Source: an uncultured virus (IMG/VR IMGVR_UViG_3300005662_008418) (Duplodnaviria > Heunggongvirae > Uroviricota > Caudoviricetes). From it: a DNA stretch of 64,000 nucleotides. The translations under genes were made by a program, and so were the position numbers. The DNA lies in the IMG/VR virus record IMGVR_UViG_3300005662_008418; one strand, 5' to 3'. This document shows positions 38,901 to 46,326 of the stretch, one piece after another. The notes beneath the pieces were generated by a model that saw only the letters and a list, made by a program, of their open reading frames with translations, did no database searches and was not told the origin of the DNA. Every line of letters starts with the position of its first letter. Position 1 is the first letter of the stretch.

Positions 38901-41900
38901 TAGTTGGATATTGGCACTAGTTATACTTTGCACTCTATTTCCAGCAGTCGCAGTGGAATCCGTGATGCTTATTAGCCAGGTACCTTGAACTTGAGATCCT
39001 TGCAGCAAAGAAACCGCATTAACCTGTGATTCCGATCCGCTATTATTGGTTGCATACAAAAATGATCTTGCTGTACTTATTGTGCTACCATCCGCAACAT
39101 CAGCCGCAATCCATAAAGAACCTCCGTTGTCTATGAATGAATAGGTTCCGCCAAAATTGCCTAAATGCCCAACTACATTGAATACAGAAGCACCGGGTCG
39201 GTCAAAAACCGTCAAAACCTTTCCATCTGGAGCAGTAATCCTAACTGTAATGTTGCCGCTGTCTGGACTTGTCAAGCTAGTTAAAGTCACAACTATGGAA
39301 TTTGCTATATTGCATATGCTTCCAAATGCACTTACAGATGCCTGCAGCACTATCGATCCAGGATTTGGTATATTTGACCCCGTCGTGAATTGTATATTTA
39401 GTAAGCTGCATCCAGAGCTAGATGAACTACTGGATATGCTGCTTGATGAAGAAGAACTGCTACTAGAACTACTGCTACTTGAAGATGATGAAGGCCTGGG
39501 AGGACATATTATGCAATATGAAGACCAACTAAAAGCAATAAGCTGATCATAGGGAACCTCTCCATTTTGATCAGAAATAGAACTTACATATCCAGAATTG
39601 TTAAAGTCTAGAGCAAGCTTCTGCTCGGAAGACATGTTATCTTGGCCATTTCCGAACAAACCAGAGAGGATGCCATTATTTATTCTTCCCTGTTGACCCC
39701 ATAAAACATTGCCACCTGAATCTATAAGTGGGCATCCAGAATATCCTGGGAATTCTATAGCGGGAAAGGGCTGATCCCAGGCGAAGCACGGAATACTACT
39801 AGAACTACTAGAACTACTAGAACTACTAGAACTACTAGAACTACTAGAACTACTAGAACTACTAGAACTGCTAGAACTGCTACTTGAACTTGAACTGCTA
39901 TTGCTAGAACTGCTTGAACTGCTGCTAGAATTTGAGCTCGAACTGCTGCTAGAACTGCTAGAACTGCTAGAACTGCTAGAACTGCTAGAACTGCTAGAAC
40001 TGCTAGAACTGCTAGAACTGCTAGAACTGCTAGAACTACTAGAACTACTACTAGAACTACTACTAGAACTACTACTAGAACTACTACTAGAACTACTACT
40101 AGAACTACTACTAGAACTACTACTAGAACTGCTAGAACTGCTACTGCTAGAACTGCTACTGCTAGAACTGCTACTGCTAGAACTACTACTGCTAGAACTA
40201 CTACTGCTAGAACTACTACTGCTAGAACTGCTACTGCTAGAACTGCTACTGCTAGAACTACTACTGCTAGAACTACTACTTGATGAAGAAGCTTGTATTT
40301 CTATAATGAAAGCATTGCCAAAAGGAGACCAAACTCCCGGAACATTCTGGACTTCTACTTGAACGCTGAATCTATCAGGAAGAGTAGGAACTGGATCTAT
40401 ACTGTTATTGGAAATGGCAAATGCGAGGTGCTGCCCAGACCCAACTTGAAAATTATCGTTTGGTCCAACCCGATTCCAATCGTCACCTATGATGTCAATA
40501 TTGGGGTGATCATTTGTTTTTGTTATGGGAGCATTTGATACTCTAAAATGCAGTATCAAGTTTTCTAGAGACGAATTCCCGTCTTGTCCGTCTACATAAT
40601 TTGGTCTGAACAAGCGAGTAGCACCACAATTCATATTTGATGAATTGTTCGGGTATGATGCTGTGTTTTGAATGTAGCCAGTAAAGCCAAGCCACGCTGG
40701 TTCTGGGCAAAGGCTACTTGAACTTGATGAACTTGATGAGGACGAGAATACATCGCCACAATTGCAAGGCAATGTATACTCAGAGCAGTTTACAGAACTG
40801 GTTTCTGCGCATTTGAATTCAAGAATAGCCTTGGCTAGTACTGAGCCACATGAAGCAAGCCTGCATATGAAGTTATTTTTATTCGTGAGAGTTATGGAGA
40901 AAAGTTTTGTAACCTGAGAAAAAGATCCGCTTGTAATGCATTGACATGCTGGTAATCCTTGGGCAGCACAAGTGGCAAATGTGAAGAAATCAAGAGGCGT
41001 AAAAATAATACTTCTATCCGCATTCAGATCTACAGAAAAACTTTCATTTCTTTCCGCGACTGTAAGTATGTCCAGTATGTCCTGATATATAAATCCTATT
41101 TTCCATCTATTTTGCGCAGCTGCCAATGGTGCAGAAAGCGTGAAAGTTATTATGCTTCCTTGGTCGTTTCGATATTGCAATACGACGCATGCATCTGAGT
41201 TAGAAAGATTATCCCGAATGGCATCTACGTATTGACCAACGCTGTTGGTGGAATTAGCCCTTTGCCCATTTATACATGGAGACACTGGGTGATTATCAAA
41301 ATTTGCCAAGCAGTTTATCGAGGATGTGCCCAATAGGTTGAAAAATTCAGTGTAGGAAATTGAATTATTGCAAACTCCAGGCTGATTATCTGCGGGAAGG
41401 GTTATGGACGGAGGCAGGCATATATTGCCGCTGCATCCTACGCATATCTGTTGAAAAACTGGCTCCGAACAAGATAACCAGCCTAGAGGACATCCCAGTT
41501 GTAATATAGCACGAGCTATGGTGGAGCCACAAGATGCCAACTTGCAGAGAACATCATCTGCTCCTCCCCTACCGTCCAATACTATTGATATATACCTTGG
41601 TTTTACATTAATGATGGGATTTGGGAAGTTTCCAAATGCAGTGCAGCAAGGATCAAGAGCAGGATCACATTGTGATTCTTTTAATTCTAATTGGAAGCCT
41701 ATTTTTGGATTCAAGGGCCATGTAGCCGCCCCGTCCAGAACTGGGTGAGTTCCATCTCCGTTGACTGGAAAAATTCCCTCTAACAACTGAAGTATGTCTG
41801 TATATATAAATTTAAGATGAAAATTAGATTCCTCGCCAACCTCGACCACCAAGGGGTCGAATGCGAAATTTCTGACATTCCCATCCCTGTCTACAAAATT

Positions 41901-44900
41901 TATCTTAACGCAGAATTGTTCTCCATTGAAAGAGAAGACATTTTGCCTTACATATTCCATAACATCCCTGAAAGGGACATCGCTAGGTTCTCCATCCACA
42001 CATAGCGCTGGCAAAAGGCAGGAAAAGAATTGCCCGCATGATCCAGGATCTCCACATCTTGGGAAAGATCCATAAGAGATTGGTCTTCCAAATGTATTGA
42101 ATTCATCAAAAGATATCTGATTGGGAAGATTCAGGCAGAATCCTGCTTCGTCAGTTTGTGGCATCGGCGGCAGACATGGAAGAGATGAACTGCTACTGCT
42201 TGAACTGCTACTAGAACTGCTAGAACTAGAACTACTGCTAGAACTAGAACTACTGCTAGAACTAGAACTACTGCTAGAACTACTGGAAGATGAAGATGAA
42301 GATGAAGATGAAGATGAGGATGCAATTACTGTTATTTGAAAAGTACCTCCCCACGGATTGGGATCTACTTCAAACGGAGAAAAACTAATGATCTTATTAA
42401 GTGATACCTCTATAACTTCGGGAAGAGTTGGTACTGGATCGACTGGATCGTTTGGATCGTCTGGATCGTCTGGATCGAAGGATATGGCAAATGCAAGATG
42501 GCTTCCCAGGTCAAATCCAGCATTTCCTCCTGGGCCCCATCTACTCCATCCTGTGTATGGAGGAACATGATCAAAAGAATTTGTTATAGGAGAGGCTGAT
42601 GCCTTGAAGTGAAGAATAACTCCATTTATAGAGCTATAATTTAATTGCAGATTTAGTTGCCCAACGATGACGCTGTTATCACAAATAGGTTGAGAAAGAC
42701 CATTCGGATATTTTTCATTTTCAGTTGCGTTTTGATTGAAGCCTGTAAAGTCCATAAAATCTATGATTGGACAACTACTAGAACTGCTAGAACTGCTAGA
42801 ACTGCTAGAACTGCTAGAACTGCTAGAACTGCTAGAACTGCTAGAACTGCTAGAACTGCTAGAACTGCTAGAACTACTAGAACTACTACTGGAACTAGCA
42901 GTAAAATTTAATGTGAGCACAAATGTATCTATCAGCGCATCTGTATCGTTGTCAAAAACAGAAACAGTAAACTCTGGAGGATCTATATTCACTGGATTTA
43001 CATCTATAGCAAAAGCCATATATAAATTGTTAAGCTTGGCTGCTGCCAAGTTTACGACTCCGCCATTTGCAACTGAATTAAAGAACCCCGGTACTGATTG
43101 AATAGCACCTGCACCAAGGTCAGCAAAACCAGAGTTCACCAGACCAACCCTGACTCCGTTGCCGCCACCGCTATACTCTATTCTTAAATTGTCTGGATGA
43201 GTTTGGCATATGGCTTGAAATATAGTGTTGCGAAATGTGCCAGGGAATACAAAGTTGGTAACTCCGATATCATTTTCCCAATTCAGCGGAGCACAGGAAC
43301 TACTACTAGAACTACTACTAGAACTACTACTAGAACTACTACTAGAACTACTACTAGAACTACTGCTGGAACTGCTGTCAGAACTACTGCTGGAACTACT
43401 GCTACTGGAATCGCTGCTGGATGATGAGGAAGAAGAACTACTATCACTAGAACTACTGCTGGAACTACTGCTACTGGAATCGCTGCTGGATGATGAGGAA
43501 GAAGAACTACTATCACTAGAACTACTGCTGGAACTACTGCTGGAACTACTGCTGGAACTACTGCTGGAACTACTGCTGGAACTACTGCTGGAACTACTGC
43601 TGCTAGAAGAGGAAAAGTTAATAACTGATATAACGAAATCTGGAGCAAAAAATGCAGTGCTATCTACTACTAATTCGCTGCCCTCCATATGAAACGCGGT
43701 GACTGCCCTTACGGAAACCGTGATATCAAAATTGGAATTTATTACAGCATCCTGATCTATTGCAAAACCCAAATATGAATAGGAAAAACCAGGAGATTCT
43801 ATTCCAGTAGTCCCGCCGTTATTTAACAGAATCCAACCAGCGTAAGCAGTGTTTATGCTGTGATCAAATTGATTTGTGATCTGAAACGATGATTCCTTAA
43901 GTCTCAAAGGCACATTGGAGGGGGACCATGTAATTTGCAATGTATGGTATCCATCGCATGAAGTAACAAAATTACCATTAGGATATCTTTGAGCAATAGC
44001 TGCCGAACCATTGTATCCAACGAAATTATTCCATACGGGAGGATGGCACGAACTGCTAGATGAACTATATGAACTAGATGAACTAGATGAACTAGATGAA
44101 CTGGAAGAGGAGCTACTGGAAGAAGGAGGAGGTTCTGGCATGGTGCATCCAGCGCAAGATATGGATATGCTCCAAGATCCAGTCGCTACTTCTGCTCCGT
44201 TAGGAGGCAAACATCCAGCAAGTACAAAACACCTCAGCCTGTAAGAAAGAGGATCGCCAGTTGCACTTTCAAGAAAGCTTCTTTTTACCTTTACGAATCC
44301 TACAAGCGCTTCTCCACGCTTGAACCATGTGACATCGTCCACATCTTCAGATCCCTTAAATACATTGTACCATAATGAATTATTGGCGCATCCAGTGTCT
44401 GCAACTATGCCCCATCTTGGCATATTGAAAATGCTCGTAGGACCAGGAGCAGGAAGCCATGTCTTGGGATGCCCAAGTTGGGTCTGACTCAACAAACTGG
44501 GATTTGCACATAGGTTGAATTGAGGATCAAGCAGTGAATCAGCGCTATTGGCAAAATGAGATGGTTTTCTAAGAGGAGGAACCGCACTGTCACATAGGGT
44601 ATTGTTCCCGTAGAATCCAGAAACGGCAGTATCCGCGTATCCAACGAAACCGCCCTGCACAAGGAACCTCTGGTCGGCGCGAACAGGCAAGTTGCCATAT
44701 CCATATAGCGGAGATTTCAAAGCATTTAGATTTACTATTGCGCCAGATCCAGTGTTGAGCAACTCAGTTGGAGCTGAAGATCTAGTGATAATTAATCTGT
44801 CACTTCCGAATCCTGGGAAGAAGTTTATCTCCAGAACAACATAATCTCCGTCTGGAGAAGCGCATGATGGATTTATGGGATCAAAAAAGCTAGTTAAATT

Positions 44901-46325
44901 TATGAAAAACTCGCTTGCAGGATCCTGGCCAGCAGCTTCCGTATTGCCAGATCTTGTTATGTTGAAATTGCATATAGGAGGCACAAGTATGGCCGATGAA
45001 GATGATGACGAAGATGCTCCCCCTCCAACCGCGTCATCTACATTTCCTCCGCCACAGCATACTTCTGGATTTTCACAGCATCCCTGACAAGTCATGACGG
45101 CATCCCACGATGCAATAGATGAGTTAACCCCATCGCATCCTGGGAATATGACTACTCTTATTTTATAATTCCAAAATGAGTCTATCCCAGTTTCGTCGGT
45201 TTGAAACAACCTGTCATCGACTCGGAAAAGAAGATATTCCGAGGAGTCGCCACCCTCTCGCCACGGAGGGAGCGGATTTGCTTGACCAGATATTATGCAT
45301 CCAGAATCGGCTATTGCATAAGGAGAAACTGAAACAGGTGCATCATTCGGAGCAGGCCATACATATGGATGAGGAGGATTCCTTCCTATATTAGCATTCA
45401 TGTAGAGATCGGATGAGTACCCTATCTCCCCATCAACGATCTGCTTAGCTCCAAGAATAGTTTCTGTTAGATCTCCATACAGAGGCATTCTTAAATATGC
45501 TGTTATATCCGGAGAACTTTCGCTCTTGGTAGGGAGAACGAATACTCTCGCTCCCTTTCCAAAGGAGTTCATGGACAAGCATATGGTTCCATATGGTCGG
45601 TCATCCACGCAAACTATTGCATCTCTGACATCAACTATCCAGTCAATTGGTCTGACTGAAGGATCGAAGGTCACACTAGATGCACTGGCTGAAAAAAAAC
45701 ATCCAGCATGAGCGTCTGAGCAAGAAGCCAATGGTAGGGGAACTGACATCGAGGAGTGAATGTGAGAGAATTTATTCAATACCTCCAAGATAAAATTCGC
45801 ATATGTGCCAAACGCAGAGGCAAATGCAAGCAGACTTGCTTCAAATACTGGAGGATCTCCAAGAAATGAAACTAAAGTTGTTTCTGCCAATCCACTGTCC
45901 AGCAAATCAGCCAAATTTGCAAAGAACCCCTCTGTAGGATCTCCATTACCATCAAGTTTGTGAAAAAAGCCATCGGGCTCTGGACAATTCTCAGTTAATA
46001 CATTTTTATAAAACTGTGCTTCCTGCGGGAAGTTATCATCATTCAAAAACTGCATCACCGCGCTTCTGCACACCCTAAGACTCTGTGTTGCTTGCTCTGG
46101 AGTATCGCAGTTTAGTGTTGATACATCAATAAGATCTGAAATGAAAACAGATCTGCTGCCCTTTAAATAACCAAATATAACAGCTTGTTGCCTGACTGCT
46201 ATCGCATCACGCAATCCATCTAATATGGATCTCAGCCCAAGAACCCCTATGCCGTTGGCATCAAATAGACCAGATGTTTCTATATAGTTACTATAAGATG
46301 TTGTGTCAAATGGGTTTCTGGGCAT
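35910..46325 (-). CDS. giant 3471-aa Cys-rich, poly-Ser modular protein with P-domain-like module and C-terminal Hint domain (putative virion fibre/surface protein)
   Basis: Uninterrupted ORF with multiple poly-Ser tracts and repeated modules; Hint motifs CLAFGTKVLMSDG...SFEHP...IIVHD. Confidence 0.8.
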   Translation of the reverse strand: MPRNPFDTTSYSNYIETSGLFDANGIGVLGLRSILDGLRDAIAVRQQAVIFGYLKGSRSVFISDLIDVSTLNCDTPEQATQSLRVCRSAVMQFLNDDNFPQEAQFYKNVLTENCPEPDGFFHKLDGNGDPTEGFFANLADLLDSGLAETTLVSFLGDPPVFEASLLAFASAFGTYANFILEVLNKFSHIHSSMSVPLPLASCSDAHAGCFFSASASSVTFDPSVRPIDWIVDVRDAIVCVDDRPYGTICLSMNSFGKGARVFVLPTKSESSPDITAYLRMPLYGDLTETILGAKQIVDGEIGYSSDLYMNANIGRNPPHPYVWPAPNDAPVSVSPYAIADSGCIISGQANPLPPWREGGDSSEYLLFRVDDRLFQTDETGIDSFWNYKIRVVIFPGCDGVNSSIASWDAVMTCQGCCENPEVCCGGGNVDDAVGGGASSSSSSSAILVPPICNFNITRSGNTEAAGQDPASEFFINLTSFFDPINPSCASPDGDYVVLEINFFPGFGSDRLIITRSSAPTELLNTGSGAIVNLNALKSPLYGYGNLPVRADQRFLVQGGFVGYADTAVSGFYGNNTLCDSAVPPLRKPSHFANSADSLLDPQFNLCANPSLLSQTQLGHPKTWLPAPGPTSIFNMPRWGIVADTGCANNSLWYNVFKGSEDVDDVTWFKRGEALVGFVKVKRSFLESATGDPLSYRLRCFVLAGCLPPNGAEVATGSWSISISCAGCTMPEPPPSSSSSSSSSSSSSSSSSSYSSSSSSCHPPVWNNFVGYNGSAAIAQRYPNGNFVTSCDGYHTLQITWSPSNVPLRLKESSFQITNQFDHSINTAYAGWILLNNGGTTGIESPGFSYSYLGFAIDQDAVINSNFDITVSVRAVTAFHMEGSELVVDSTAFFAPDFVISVINFSSSSSSSSSSSSSSSSSSSSSSSSSSSSSSSSSDSSSSSSSSSSDSSSSSSSSSSSDSSSSSSSSSSDSSSSSSSSSSDSSSSSSSSSSSSSSSSSSSSSSSSSSSCAPLNWENDIGVTNFVFPGTFRNTIFQAICQTHPDNLRIEYSGGGNGVRVGLVNSGFADLGAGAIQSVPGFFNSVANGGVVNLAAAKLNNLYMAFAIDVNPVNIDPPEFTVSVFDNDTDALIDTFVLTLNFTASSSSSSSSSSSSSSSSSSSSSSSSSSSSSSSSSSSSSSSSSCPIIDFMDFTGFNQNATENEKYPNGLSQPICDNSVIVGQLNLQLNYSSINGVILHFKASASPITNSFDHVPPYTGWSRWGPGGNAGFDLGSHLAFAISFDPDDPDDPNDPVDPVPTLPEVIEVSLNKIISFSPFEVDPNPWGGTFQITVIASSSSSSSSSSSSSSSSSSSSSSSSSSSSSSSSSSSSSSSSSSSSSSLPCLPPMPQTDEAGFCLNLPNQISFDEFNTFGRPISYGSFPRCGDPGSCGQFFSCLLPALCVDGEPSDVPFRDVMEYVRQNVFSFNGEQFCVKINFVDRDGNVRNFAFDPLVVEVGEESNFHLKFIYTDILQLLEGIFPVNGDGTHPVLDGAATWPLNPKIGFQLELKESQCDPALDPCCTAFGNFPNPIINVKPRYISIVLDGRGGADDVLCKLASCGSTIARAILQLGCPLGWLSCSEPVFQQICVGCSGNICLPPSITLPADNQPGVCNNSISYTEFFNLLGTSSINCLANFDNHPVSPCINGQRANSTNSVGQYVDAIRDNLSNSDACVVLQYRNDQGSIITFTLSAPLAAAQNRWKIGFIYQDILDILTVAERNESFSVDLNADRSIIFTPLDFFTFATCAAQGLPACQCITSGSFSQVTKLFSITLTNKNNFICRLASCGSVLAKAILEFKCAETSSVNCSEYTLPCNCGDVFSSSSSSSSSSSLCPEPAWLGFTGYIQNTASYPNNSSNMNCGATRLFRPNYVDGQDGNSSLENLILHFRVSNAPITKTNDHPNIDIIGDDWNRVGPNDNFQVGSGQHLAFAISNNSIDPVPTLPDRFSVQVEVQNVPGVWSPFGNAFIIEIQASSSSSSSSSSSSSSSSSSSSSSSSSSSSSSSSSSSSSSSSSSSSSSSSSSSSSSSSSSSSSSSSSSSSSSSSSSSSSSSSSSSSSSSSSSSSSSSSSSSSSSSSSSSSSSSSSSSSSSSNSSSSSSSSSNSSSSSSSSSSSSSSSSSSSSSSSSSSSSSSSSSSSIPCFAWDQPFPAIEFPGYSGCPLIDSGGNVLWGQQGRINNGILSGLFGNGQDNMSSEQKLALDFNNSGYVSSISDQNGEVPYDQLIAFSWSSYCIICPPRPSSSSSSSSSSSSSSSSSSISSSSSSSGCSLLNIQFTTGSNIPNPGSIVLQASVSAFGSICNIANSIVVTLTSLTSPDSGNITVRITAPDGKVLTVFDRPGASVFNVVGHLGNFGGTYSFIDNGGSLWIAADVADGSTISTARSFLYATNNSGSESQVNAVSLLQGSQVQGTWLISITDSTATAGNRVQSITSANIQLRYLPASSSSSSSSSSSSFSSSSSSSSSSSSSSSSSSSFSSSSSSSSSSVGPTSCTITSTYVNSLISEFSESSSIGLCLSSSGSCFANNATVTLASILNAFNNSDPTLVELFVVCSDGTLSEIDYNQSGIRSNSFVPQRIWIDLLAYVGSCVSTLPIPTSGNFFNLNNINENKISFSTDICSPSVCGGKNKITAVYIREDLICCLKNQGSCLAALYLDSEFGGSPPALPPEPGCDCTISTVQCPPGYVISGGGCPGISFNIVGQGQGPALALPSGCSGGGCNEVKPVTPIIQTTFTGCPQEMRLELLAAAQCNHVTQQVQTSPCELPYFHDSMKYPALAQGGALKYGFICMTYENYAVADRIFIVCGKNRYAKASIYNDSTIDPVRLGEQANPQGASNCESNPAYRYMLEAIDIPGIPEPGLGSGQPFPAPDSVMQLPLFGATAKISSSISIACPDNSGVGHFASPSGASGGYFSFRPFHAKCTIIGSDMPTCSIYHLAMTVLAGAASVFSPDLFIPDPVINLLKDTDPIGNQSDGKSNVIYFLEQLSILSNSTELHILGQEADLDLQIPRIFYWDPAAYAAETLNENKWKHIYHIGERNVILDTGCIATVSTQKRIAYIDNVVSQLPASATSSYRLFAFMGCNGDPSSVLTFDIDAVGCSSACQQCNGGCEINSGTGTASNNFTDGATEAGGNTQRSLSFTPEETCGSAPPCAGVWFDGNGNIIDCGGVTTVEVHASNPCGCQCAPSDPSISFTYEEILALSNSGCIVPSINSVSVCLNGYPQILYSPVFANNNSSCSALWDEIACGCACLAFGTKVLMSDGTEKNVENIRIGDVVLGVKFGSNPNPGVSMPDNIDISQGWTAPPINEWIFAPASVSQIQIGYEQERFTIGSVSASFEHPVLIKDGNNFRFRSISIISSDYFVVDRNLQLVRVSEVVRQVRPTMTVALSLTGAHALVAGGIIVHDGGIPASSTSAESGIALSSGLDVDPCSKNLVI
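36006..36473 (-). other. Hint (intein-like) domain ending in H-D
   Basis: Block A CLAFGTKVLM, block B SFEHP, C-terminal LVAGGIIVHD. Confidence 0.85.
39795..40289 (-). repeat. 165-codon poly-Ser tract (2 Asn) built from 9-, 12- and 15-nt tandem units
   Basis: Plus-strand (ctactagaa)n, (ctgctagaa)n, (ctactactagaa)n and (ctagaactgctactg)n. Confidence 0.95.
42183..42320 (-). repeat. 46-codon poly-Ser tract
   Basis: Direct reading. Confidence 0.9.
42774..42896 (-). repeat. 41-codon poly-Ser tract (9-nt unit)
   Basis: (gaactgcta)n. Confidence 0.9.
43296..43613 (-). repeat. 106-codon Ser(Asp) tract including a 69-nt tandem duplication (43381-43518)
   Basis: Direct reading. Confidence 0.9.
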
Positions 46326-46326
46326 A

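Noticed and set aside
39795..43613. CRISPR array
   Set aside because: The repeats are contiguous 9-15-nt coding units without unique spacers, and no cas genes are seen.
39901..43692. Plus-strand Leu/Glu-rich and Thr/Arg-rich ORFs (39901, 42657, 42736, 43197, 43225)
   Set aside because: Antisense shadows of the poly-Ser repeats.
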